A stretch of 64,000 nucleotides of DNA from Cyanophora paradoxa CCMP329 (Eukaryota > Plantae > Glaucophyta): NCBI GenBank assembly GCA_004431415.1, contig QPMI01000116.1:201662-265661 (forward strand), in the 5' to 3' direction. This document shows positions 35,101 to 47,100 of the stretch, piece after piece. The notes beneath the pieces were generated by a model, which saw only the letters and a list, made by a program, of their open reading frames with translations, had not been told where the DNA came from and did no database searches. The first letter of the stretch is position 1. Each line of letters starts with the position of its first letter. A program made the position numbers and the translations under genes.

Positions 35101-38100
35101 CTCATCGATATCCGCTAGCGCTAGCGCGCTGCGGTGATGATATATATGGGCGCACCGTCGCAGAGAGCGTAGTCGCGAAGCGCCTGCGCGAAGGCGTGCG
35201 CCGTCGTCTGGAGCGTGTCGTACACTTCGACGCGGACGTCGTCGGCCATCGCGCTGCCGACGACCTGCGAGAGCCGTCAGTCCAAAACTTGAGACGGAGA
35301 CGGAGACGCGAGCCGACGCACCGAGACGGAGGGGTACGTCGGCTCCGGGAGGGCCCCCCCCGGGAAGAGGACCTCCTCGCGGGCGTTGACGAGCGAGCGC
35401 GTGAGGCGGGCCTCTGGCGTCTCGCCCTCCAGGTCCTCGGTCGCAATGAAGGAGACCAGCTTGATGGAAATCGGGTACGAGACGGGGCTGGCGAGGCCGA
35501 CGGCAAGGACCTCGGCGCCGCCAAAGCGGGCCCACGGCCTGGCAAGCTCGGCGGCGACTGCCCACGCGACGGCGCGCGCAGGAATGATGCTTGCCTGCGG
35601 CACGAGCGCGTGCTGGAAGTTGATGGTCAGGAGCGTCTCGCCGGGGGTCGATCCGGTCGCCGAGGACGAGACGGAAATCATGGAGGCGAGGAGTGTCGGC
35701 GTAAGGCTGGGGTTGCTGGCGACGACGGGCGACAGCGAGAGCCGCAGGATGGCGGAGGCGAGGCCCGAGGCGGTCACATCGACGTTCGCCCTTTGCGCCG
35801 CGAGCAGCACTCGGATCGACGTCTGCCCGTAGCGGGCGGTCGAGCTCGCCGGCGCGAAAGTCGAGACGACGCGACCAGGCGCGACAACGGCCCACGTGAA
35901 GGTCTTTGCGTTGGGCGCCGTCAGGGCCGGCAGCGCCAGCGTGGCGGAGACGACGTCCGCGCGGTACGTCACGTTCCACAGCTGCGGCAGGAACCGCGGG
36001 TGCGCCGGAGCAGAGCACTGCAGCTGCGAGACGCTGACGACGGTGGCGGCCGTCTCCACCGTTGCAGCGTCGGCGTTTCCAAGATCACGGAAGGCGCAAC
36101 GGAGGTTGGCGGTAGCGTCCAACGCGAGATTGGCGACAGTCACCGTGAGGATCGGAGGCGTGACAGTGAAGTTGTCCGGCGGGTGGTAGGCTACGGTGTA
36201 AATTGACGGGGCGACGGAAACGACGGACGGCTCGTCGCTGTCCGTCGGCACGGGATCGACGATGGCGCCGGAAGGGGTCACCAGCTTCAGCGTGTCGGAG
36301 TTGATGTTGACGGTGAGGCTGCTGCCCTCCGCGACGAGGCTGGTGGCGAGATTGTTCGAGAAGACTGTGATGCACGCATCGCAGCTGATCTGCTGCAGGA
36401 AGGACTGCGCGACGGCACCCGCGGGAACTGTGGAAGAAGCCGCAAAGACGTAGGTGACCTGCGAACGTATTAGCGACGACGTCGGATGACTGCGGCGATC
36501 GACGCGACGGACCTTGGTGCTCGACGCCTGGAGCGTGCGGCGCACGGTTGCGCACTCGACGGTGACGGCCGACGTGTCGACGCCCGCAGTGCTGGCGGCA
36601 GCGGCGACAAGAGCAGCCCGGGTCGCGGGGTCCTGGCACTCGGCGAGAGAAAGCGGCAGGACGACCGACACGGAGGCGGGCTGGCTCGCGCAGGTCGGCG
36701 CCGGTGGTGCCGTCGTCGGGAAGTCTGTGGCGTCCGGCCGCACGAACGAGCCTGAGACCGCCTTAAGGTAGAACCTCGTCTGGACTGAAAGGCTTGCCGT
36801 CGCCACCTTCACACGGAAACCATTATTACGAGATTTCATCGAGCAAGCGAAGCAAACCCACCGAGTCGAAGAACGACGCCGGGCTGACGACTGTGCGGGA
36901 GAAGACGCGAGTTGCCGCGCCCGATGCGCCCTTGCTCATGTTGTAACCCAAGACGCTCGATGCCACCACAGAGGCTGCCGAAAGCGCGAAATGAGATGAA
37001 TGGAGATTCAAGAAGAAAAGGCTCGCGCACCGTTGCTGACGGTGAGCGTGGCCTGGGCTGATGCAGCGAGCGGTTCGGTCGAGGCGGCCGTCCACAGCAG
37101 AGTGGCCAACGAGGGCGGCAGGCAGCCGGCGTCGGACGAGCCGGAGAGGACGGCGTACGAGGCAAAGGTGCCCGGGACGGCGGTGAGCGGCCCCGAGATC
37201 GTCGTGTCGCTGTCAACGTCAGCAAGCGGTCAGCTGCAGCCGCCGATAACGAGCTCGAGCGCGGAAAGGCCACCGTACCGAATTGCGGTACCGTCCGCCG
37301 TGCGGAACGTGAGCGAGATAGTCACACCAGACTGCAGGGCGCCGTCGGACTGCGTAATGCCTGCAAAAAGCGTTCAGAAGGACGTTGAGACTTAAATTAA
37401 AGCTGCAGCTCATAAATACACCCACCAGAGAGGCCGTCGACGGTCTCGACGAGGACATTCGCCGTCGAGGACGACGGCGTCTTGGTGACAGTGGCGCCCA
37501 GTCCGTTTGTGATGGCGTAGCTGACGACCTGTAGCCCGCTGTGGAGGCCGAAGAGGCGGACAGTCGTCGCGCCGGGCGCGCGTTCGACGAGCTTTGCGAT
37601 GACCATTCCCTCTCTGCAGCATTGCACGGTGAGACCTAACTACGGGTACTGCGGGCGGGCGGACGCCACGCGCACCCAGCGAACTGTGTGGGATCGGAGA
37701 CCTTGAGGACAGCGTGCGCGTCGAAGACAGTTGCAGGCGAGGAGATTGGCAGCACGCTCGGCGACGGGCTCGGCGACGGGCTTGGGCTCGGCGTCTCCGC
37801 CGGCGAAGGGCTGGGCGACGGGCTTGGGCTCGGCGTCTCCGTCGGCGAAGGGCTGGGCGACGGGCTTGGGCTCGGCGTCTCCGTCGGCGAGGGGCTGGGC
37901 GACGGGCTGGGCGAGGGGCTCGGGCTCGGCGTCTCCGTCGGCGAGGGGCTCGGCGACGGGCTCGGGCTCGGCGTCTCCGTCGGCGAGGGGCTCGGCGACG
38001 GGCTCGGGCTCGGCGTCTCCGTCGGCGAAGGGCTGAGCGACGGGCTCGGGCTCGGCGTCTCCGTCGGCGAAGGGCTGGGCGACGGGCTCGGGTTCGGCGT

Positions 38101-41100
38101 CTCCGTCGGCGAAGGACTGGGCGACGGGCTCGGGCTCGGCGTCTCCGTCGGCGACGGGCTCGGCGACGGGCTTGGGCTCGGCGTCTCTGTCGGCAACGGG
38201 CTCGGCGACGGGCTTGGGCTCAGCGTCTCCGTCGGCGAGGGGCTGGGCGACGGGCTCGGGCTCGGCGTCTCCGTCGGCGAGGGGCTGGGCGAGTGGCTCG
38301 GGCTCGACGTCTCCGTCGGCGAGGGGCTCGGCGACGGGCTCGGGCTCGGCGTCTCCGTCGGCGAGGGGCTCGGCGACGGGCTCGGCGACGGGCTTGGGCT
38401 TGGCGTCTCCGTCGGCGAGGGGCTGGGCGACGGGCTCGGGCTCGGCGTCTCCGTCGGCGAGGGGCTGGGCGACGGGCTCGGGCTCGGCGTCTCCGTCGGC
38501 GAGGGGCTGGGCGACGGGCTCGGGCTCGGCGTCTCCGTCGGCGAGGGGCTCGGCGACGGGCTGGGCGACGGGCTCGGGCTCGGCGTCTCCGTCGGCGAGG
38601 GGCTGGGCGACGGGCTCGGGCTCGGCGTCTCCGTCGGCGAGGGGCTGGGCGACGGGCTCGGGCTCGGCGTCTCCGTCGGCGAGGGGCTCGGCGACGGGCT
38701 CGGCGACGGGCTTGGGCTTGGCGTCTCCGTCGGCGAGGGGCTGGGCGACGGGCTCGGGCTCGGCGTCTCCGTCGGCGAGGGGCTCGGCGACGGGCTCGGG
38801 CTCGGCGTCTCCGTCGGCGAGGGGTTGGGCGACGGGCTCGGGCTCGGCGTCTCCGTCGGCGAGGGGCTGGGCGACGGGCTCGGGCTCGGCGTCTCCGTCG
38901 GCGAGGGGCTCGGCGACGGGCTCGGCGACGGGCTTGGGCTTGGCGTTTCCGTCGGCGAGGGGCTGGGCGACGGGCTCGGGCTTGGTGTCGGAGGCGTAGA
39001 CACAATGAAGCGCTGTACCGCGGTCAGAGCAGTTCCGCCTATCACCACGCTGAAGCTGTAATCGCCAGAAGCCAGATTTGTGGTGGTGAGGTTGAAGGTC
39101 GCCGCTCCACCGACTGTTGTTACTTCGCTAGTCTGCAACGACTCTTCACCACGCTTGATGACGAAGCCGACCGTTGTGCCATCTTGCACAGCGTTGTTAA
39201 ATGTATCCCTGCGTGAGAACACAGAGCGTTATAATTAGAGCTACTTCAGTATTATTGAGGAAAGCAGGTGCTCACCGGACAACGACAGTCGCACTGCAAG
39301 TTTGAGACGCGCCCAAAACTTGATCCGCGCATCCATCGAAGGTGACTTCGCTCTTCGTAGCATTAGCCGCAGCCGGCACGACGGAGAACGCCAGCGGGCT
39401 CTTGTCCACGTCCGAGCTCCCGAGCTTCGCCGTAAGCTCGTACGAGCCGGCGTCGCTGAGGTTCGGCAGCGTTGCGGATGCCGCGCCGGACGAGCTCGTC
39501 ACGGTCTGCATCCATGTGGCGGAGGCGGCGCCGGATTTGGTGATCGCAAAGACAACCGATGCGCCGTCGACGGCGTTGCCGAAGCGGTCGCGGACGGTAA
39601 CCGTCGCGATGCCGACCTGCGCGCCAGCGACGACCTGTGCGGGCGCCGGGTCGACGGCCAGCGCCGACTCCGTCGAGTCTGGGGTGGACGGGGTGACAGT
39701 AATGCTGAGCGGGTCAAATCCTTGCGCGAGGGAAAGCTGGAATTCGCCCGCGAGTTCGCTTGCAATGGCGAACCCGTAGCGGCCCGCGCCTAGCGAGACG
39801 GGCCCCCACGCAGTAGTCGCGGTCGTCGGAGGAGCGAGCGCCCATGCGAAATGGCTGTTTGCATCAAACCGGACGTTGCCAAGCCTGCAAAGGGGAGCGT
39901 CATACTGAGTCCAGTGCGTAAAGGCGTGCGGCGCACCCATCATAGGCAACGAACGTCAAGCAGACGCGGCCTGAGCCGGCCTCTATGGACGGGTGGAACT
40001 GAGGATTCGCCGCTCGTTCCTCGAGGATGGTGTTGCCAAGAGACTGGGCGGCTGCGAGCGAAAGTATAAGCTTTGGCTTGCGCAAGACGGCTGTAAGCAG
40101 ACCGGCGGAGACGGTGAAAGGTGCGATCGTGGGCACGGGCGCCCCGTTGACGTCGACCTCGAGGCGGTACGCCGTTGCGACGTTGAGCGTGAAGGCCGCG
40201 GTGGACGAGGTGCCATCTGCACTAGCGGACATCTGGACCGTCGTTTCAAGCGATTCCGATGACGACGCGGATACGGTGAACGACGGGAAGGAGCATGAAT
40301 CAAGAGCACGAGTGGAAGACTGGTTTGCCACCACCGATCCGACCGCTGACTTGTATAGGCGCACACTAACTGTCAGGCCCCCCGTCGACGCTACAATAAC
40401 GTTGTCAAATTGGTCGCTGCGGTCTAGTCAGAACCTGCTTCGAAAGCTAAATCTGACAGAGCTTTCGCACCGCACGACCGCTGTCACAGTGCAATCGTCG
40501 CCAGCAAGCATCCCGGAGCAACCGCTGAGCGTGACAACTGTCTTGGACGCATCAACCGCAGCCGGCACGACGGAGAACGCCAGCGGGCTCTTGTCCACGT
40601 CCGAGCTCCCGAGCTTCGCCGTCAGCTCGTACGAGCCGGCGTCGCTAAGGCTCGGCAGCGTTGCGGATGCCGCGCCGGACGAGCTCGTCACGGTCTGCAT
40701 CCATGTGGCGGAGGCGGCGCCGGATTTGGTGATCGCAAAGACAACCGATGCGCCGTCGACGGCGTTGCCGAAGCGGTCGCGGACGGTAACCGTCGCGATG
40801 CCGACCTGCGCGCCAGCGACGACCTGTGTGTGCGCCGGGTCGACGGCCAGCGCAGACGCCGCCGAATCCGCCGTCGATGGCGCAATAGAGAATGCCTTTG
40901 AGCTGCCGCTGATGTGCTCGCCGGCAACGGTCGCCGAAGCGACATACGCTCCAGCCTTTGTGAAGCCCGTTGGAAGGTTGACCGAGACAGTGCCGCTGGA
41001 GGACGTCTCCTTTGACGACGTCCACGGCGCAAGGGCGTCAGGTCCAGTGACTGCGAAGGTGACGGACTGCCCAGCAATGATGTTGCCAAAGCGGTCGCGG

Positions 41101-44100
41101 ATCGTGGCCGAAGCGACGCCAATGGGCGCGCCCGCCTCAAGAGCGCCCCAGGTGAAGATCACCGCGGACGAGACGGGGTCGGCGGCCGCCGGCTGCACGT
41201 GGAGCGTGTACGGCGAGGACGCCACACTCGCACCCCCGAGGAGGACTTGCACTTCGTACTCGCCGGCGACGCTCTCCGCGAAAGTCATCGTACCGTTCCC
41301 GTCCTGCCCGACGCTGACGGAGAACGTCCGGACAGGTCGCGGCCGCTGCGTCGATTTGGGTGACACGATAATCGTGAAGGCTGCGAAGCAAGTCAGTGTT
41401 TTCGCTTCTGTAACAGACATGCAAGAACGCACAGACGCCAGGCTGGGTTGGCGCAGAGCCGTCTTCATCGCGGGCGGTCACTTGGAAAATTGCGGTGCTA
41501 TCGGCCAACATTGAGTGCGGAATCGACACGAAGCTCTTGTCCGCGGCAGGGACGCTGTCCGCAGGGAAGACGGAAACTCCGATGCTGGCCTTGGCGTAGC
41601 TTCCGGCGTCAAAGACGGCCTTCTTGCTGGCGGAGCGCACGGTGACCGTGAACGAGTATGCGGCGCCTGCAGTCTGGAAGAAGGATCCGGGTATCACCAC
41701 CGCCGATTGGGTCTCAGCGCCTGCAACGCAGCGGCGGTCAGCGGGGCCATTTGTGAAGAGGTGTCTTCCGCGCACCGAGGAAATCGCTTCCGGCGCAGAG
41801 CGACCCCGAAGAGTCGACGCAAGTCCACGCGTAGGTCCAGTCGGACGTCGTGGCCGAGTCGGGGTCAGTGGCGGTCGCAGCGAGCGACAGGCCGCTGTGG
41901 GTGGCCTGCAAGATGGTGCCGCTCTTGTCGAGCGTGACTGAAATCGGCGACGGTGCAAACGTGAGGAGGACGGCGCTGGTGGAGATAAGAGTCGTCGAGC
42001 CGTCAACTGGGAGCTCCGCACGGAACTGCAACCGGAGAGAGGCGATATGGCGCGTGTCCAACTTCGTGAGATCGAGGCGGAGCTGGCGGCTGGTGACGTC
42101 GGCGGCGCTGGCGAGGTCGATGCCCGGCGCGTCGACGGCCGACCAAGCGAGCTTCAGGCGCGGAAGCAGGTCGGCTACGGGCTGGCAGCTCGCCAGCGCG
42201 ACCTCGGCCCACAGGTCCATGGTGGCGGAGCGACGGACGGAAATCGGCGACGGCCCACGGATGGAGGTGCTGACGGTCAGATCCGACCGCTTGCTGACAA
42301 AGACGGACGACACGGGCCCGCGGTTGCCGAAGAAGTTCCGGGCCGAAAGAGAGAATTCAATCTCGGCGTTGTCGGGCAGATTGGGCACGACGGCAGTCAG
42401 GTTGACGCTCGAGCGGCCTTGCTGCGCCGCAATCGCTGCGGCGAGAGCCTCCGCCACGGCCGTTGCGGCGGCGCCCTGCGGGCTGACCACCCGGGACGAC
42501 CAAGAGAGCGCGACGTCGCGGTTGCCGCCGCCGGAGACGGAGAGCGCCTGCAGCACCAGCTCCGAGCAGGCGCTGATGACGGGCGGCGCGACGGCGGTGG
42601 CTGAGGGCTCGAGCGGCCGCAGAGGCGCCAGGAGAGTGGACGACGCCGTCGACGACAGCGAGTTGCCCACCGACGTGAACTGCGCTTCGGAGTGAGAATT
42701 CGAAGCTAAAAGCAGGCGCGGATCACGCGATCGCACGCACGAGGACGCCGGCCTTGACGGCGATATTGTCGCCCGGCATAACAGAGCTTGCGCGGCCGAT
42801 CGAGACGACGAGGAGAGAGGGGCTTGGCCACGCGCAGGTTGCTGGGGGCCGGTCAGCGGGCGAGCCAAATTTTTTAAGCCGCGAATCGCGCACCGCCCTC
42901 GAGGAACATAAGGGTAGACGCAGAGAGGACGCGTGCGCAGTCCTGGCTGGCGACAAAGCCGCTGTTCGGGTCGACCATGCCCGCCGTGTCGGTGTCCGCG
43001 TCGAACAGAACGTCGATCGCGTCGCCCGTCGGCGCGAAGATGGCCCTCGAAATGGCGGGCGCCGCCGCTAAATTAAAGGAGCTTAAGTTCGAATCGGCCG
43101 AAAGGTTCAAGAGCACGCACCCGGCTGGAAAGGGACCACGACAGAGGCGGACTGCGCAAAGGCAGAGGCTGTCGAGCTGCGCATGGAGACGGACACGCGG
43201 AAGGACCCGGCGGGCACGACGAGCAGGCGCGCCAGGACGGCGTCCTTTGCCGGAGTGTAATCGAGCTGCACGGACGGCGGGAATGCGGAGGCGGCCGGGC
43301 GCGTCTCGCCGACTGCAGCGACGGCGACGGCGAAGAGGTCGCCGACCGAGCCCCACGTGGCGAGGTCGATCGCGTTCCTGTACGCGTCGCGGATCTGCGG
43401 ACGGTCAGTGCCGAGCGAAATTCGCCGGCGAAGGGGCGCGGCGCACCGAAATGCGGAGGGCGAGCTCGGAGCCAGCCGTCGGGGCGGACGCCGATGCCAC
43501 GGACAGAACGGTCTGGGACGGGTCCGCGTCGGACGGCGTGACCGTCATCACGAGCGGGGCGAAGCCGCCGGCGAGAGTCAGACGGAAGCTGCCCGCCAGC
43601 GTGCTGCCCACGGCGACTCCGTACCGGCCGGCGCCCAGGGACACGGGGCTGGGCGCGATGGTCGTCTCGGACAGGTTGGTGCTCGGCGAGCCCGTGAGCT
43701 CGAGCGTCCACGGGAAAACGCTGGCAACGCCGTTTCGAGCGTTGCCGTAGCTGCGCGGGGTAGGTGAGATTTCGCGGCAATAGCGCCTGAGAGAACGTAT
43801 GCAGCAAATGCGGGCCGAACCTGTCAAGCGCGGCGAACGTAAGGCACGCGCGACCAACGCCGGCTGCGAATGAAGGGGAGAAGGATGCGCTCCTTTCGCG
43901 CTCCTCCAGCAAAACTCCGGATTGTTCGCCTGCGACCGCGGTGGACATCAAGCACGGAATTGAGCCTTTATGTCCCTCTGAAGCGCACCGGCAACAACGG
44001 TGACGTGCGGAGCGGGTGGTAGCGAAAGCGCGACGACGTTGCCGTCGATCCTTAGGCTGACTGCGACGCGGTAGGTTGTGGCCTTGGTCATCGAGAGCAC

Positions 44101-47100
44101 CGCCCGGAAGGCGACGCCGTCCGCCGCACGCGACAGCGTCACGGTGCTGCGCTGCACCTCCGCGGACGAGGCCGGGACCGTGTACGTGGGGAACGAGCAC
44201 GTGTCCAGAGACACGGGAGACGACGAGTCGGCGGTTGCGGCCGCCGGGTTGCGGTCGGCCTCGAAAACCTGCATGACGACATCGAGCCCCGTACCCGTCG
44301 ACCCGCCCGATGCGATGACGTTCTCGTTCGCGTCCCTGCGCGGCTGCTCGGATCGGCGCGGTGCGGGGCAACGATCAAAGCGAACCGAACGAGGACGTCC
44401 ACGTTGCACGAGCCGCCCGCGGCGAGCGGCGAGCAGCCAAGGAAAGAGACGACGGTCTTGCTCGCGCTGGGTGCGCCGGGGACGACGTCGAAGGTCTGGA
44501 GCCCGCCCGGGAGGCTCGAGCCATCCATGGACACGGTCAGAACGTAGCTGCCCGCGACCTGCACGCTGGTCGCCGCGCTGAGATCCACACTTGCCGTTCC
44601 GTCAGCGCCGGTGGAGACCGTCGAACTCCACGCAACACTATCATCGACGGCGCTGCGAATCGCTGCAAGCACGCTCTTGCCCCCGATTGAGTTGCCGAAC
44701 GCGTCGCGGATTACAGCCGAGGCGCTGCCGGTGATGCTGCCGGCGACCCGCGACCGCACCGAGACGCTCACCGAAGAAACGCCGAAGCTGGCCGCTGCTG
44801 GCGTCACCACGAGATTCTTAGTTTGGATGCTCTGTGTGCCGAGGAGGACCTCGACTGAGTACTGTCCGGCGACAGCTTGCGTGTAGGAGACCGACGCCTG
44901 AGCGCCCTTGTCCGTAACGATAGTGCGAGTTTGAACGGAGCGCTGGGTCGAAATTGGAGTAATCACAATCTTGAAGGCTGGAATTTAAACCCGTGGTCAG
45001 ATGCGTCGAAAACATTGCTGACAGGAGAGAACGCACTGATATCCGGGTCTGCGTCGGGGGATGCCGCAGTAAACGTGACTGTGCTGCCAGCCTCCATGGA
45101 TCCAGGCACATCCACGGTGCAAGTCGCCGCATTCGCGAGCACTGCCGTCACAAAACGTTAGAAGGGCGTAGATGCTAACAGAGAGGGCGGCTCGTACCGT
45201 ACGTGAACTCCACGTGACCGGGGCTGGCCTCGCCCGAGGCCGAGTTTGCGATGCGCAGTTGGAGAGTCTTGCGGTTGCTGTTCGAGCTGTAGGGCGGCGC
45301 GCTGCAGGTCGCCGAAATGCTGTCCCGGAAGGTGGCAGCCGTCGAAGTGACCGCGCCGGCGAGGTCCGTCCAGAGGCACGTGAGCTGCCCGTTCGGGTTG
45401 AAGTTGCTGCCGTAGAGCGTGACGGTCGCGCTGGAGACGGACGAGGACGCCGTCGAAGGCGCGATGCTGCCGAGGGACGGCGGGCGCGTGTCGTCCCACA
45501 CGGAGACGGCGCCAGCGTTCGTAAACGAGACGCCGTCGAGCGCCACCGAAAGAGCGATGCCGCCCGTCCACGACTCGCCGAGGTTCGGCAGCGTGCAGAG
45601 GATGGAAGACGCGCTCACAAAGCCGGCAACCGTTTCGGCGACGGCATCCTTGTCGGTTCCCCACTGGGCGCGGCACCGAAGCGCGGAGCCAGTGTTCGTG
45701 AAAGTCGATCCGCCGATGGCGACAGAGATGCAAGTGGGCTGGAAGCACGCGTGAGGAGCGAACCTACTTATATATAAAGCGAACAGAAATTTGTGCACGA
45801 CATTGTCATCGCCGGTCGGCGGGCAGACCTGTGACACCGTGCGCACCAAGGAGATTGGTGTGACCGTGAACGGCGCTGCGAGGTTTTCGGTCACAGCAAG
45901 CTCTCTCTACAGTACTGGCAGGCAGAGCTCACAGATCACGGTGACGGAGACGGACTTTTCCACGTCGCGGGGCGATCCCAGCGAGATCGCGAGCGTGTAG
46001 GTGCCTTTCGCGAGCTGGGCGGTCGGGCAAACGATTGCATCGCTCGTGCTGGCGGCGAGGGCGTCCACTTCATTGCCGTTAAAAACGCAGCGGGTGCGAC
46101 CCTGAACGTGGTAGAGCCGGCCCGTGACGAACACGGAAGCTGTCTGAGCGAAAACGGCCACAGGGGGAAGCGCAGCCGCGGGGCTCATCGCGTCTGCCGC
46201 ATGGCGTCAGAGGTCATCCGGCGAGAGGATGGAGCGCGCGAGACGGACCGTAAACGGCGAGTGTGGCGGCGCTCTGCTGGGACCAGCTCGCGCCGTTTGT
46301 AATGGAGAGGGTGACGCTGTAGACCTGAGGCAAGGAAGCGCCCGAGACGACTCGCTGCAGATCGGGCAGCGTGCCGCAGTCGACGCTGCCGTCCGCTGCG
46401 GAGACGGCGGCCAACGAAGCGAGAATCTCCAGCGGCGCAGAGGGCGACGACGCGAAGGCAACGGCGCATTTCGGCAGCCCGGAGTCGGCGAACGAGAAGG
46501 CGGCGGAGCCGTCCGTCGTCGCGCGAACGGTGATGGGGATGCCGCCGTGGATGGAGGCGAGCACGGGAGTCGGCGCGGCCCCCCAGGACACGACCGGGTC
46601 ACCTGTCGCGCGGGCGCGGCTGAGCACGTGTACAAAGCCAAGCGGAAAACGTCTGAGCAGCAAAGCACCGATTACTGTGACGGAGGCGGCAGCGCCCGAC
46701 GCTGGCGAGCGGCCGGAGCCCGGGGACAGACTGAAGGCGATGGGCGCCGCGCCAGTGGTGGACATTGCGCCTGTGACGCAGGAGAGCGAGAGCGCCGAGG
46801 TGCTGAGCGTGAGGCCCGAGCACTCGACGCCGCCTAAGAACACTGACGCGTCGACCAGCAGCGGCCGCAGGAGCGAGTACGAGGCTTGAGAGAGGGTAAG
46901 AGTCAGCTGGGAGCCACCGGAAGCCGGAACCCTGGCCGGCGACACGCTGACAACCTCGATGCGAGCTGCGCAGAAACGTAAGTAAATGATAAAAGAACCC
47001 GATCGGATATTAGAGGAGCGCACGGTAGAGGACGAAGTCCAGCTTTTTGTCTTCGGCATAGGTCACTCCGTCTGGAGCGAGGGCGACCTGAAGCGCGAAA

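Noticed and set aside
37756-38990. Possible CRISPR-like array
   Set aside because: The repeats are contiguous with no unique spacers, they encode protein, and no cas genes are present.
37688-39216. Long plus-strand ORFs ([12 protein letters not shown] and [10 protein letters not shown] repeats)
   Set aside because: These are antisense or alternative-frame shadows of the SP-repeat exon, because the repeat lacks stop codons in several frames.
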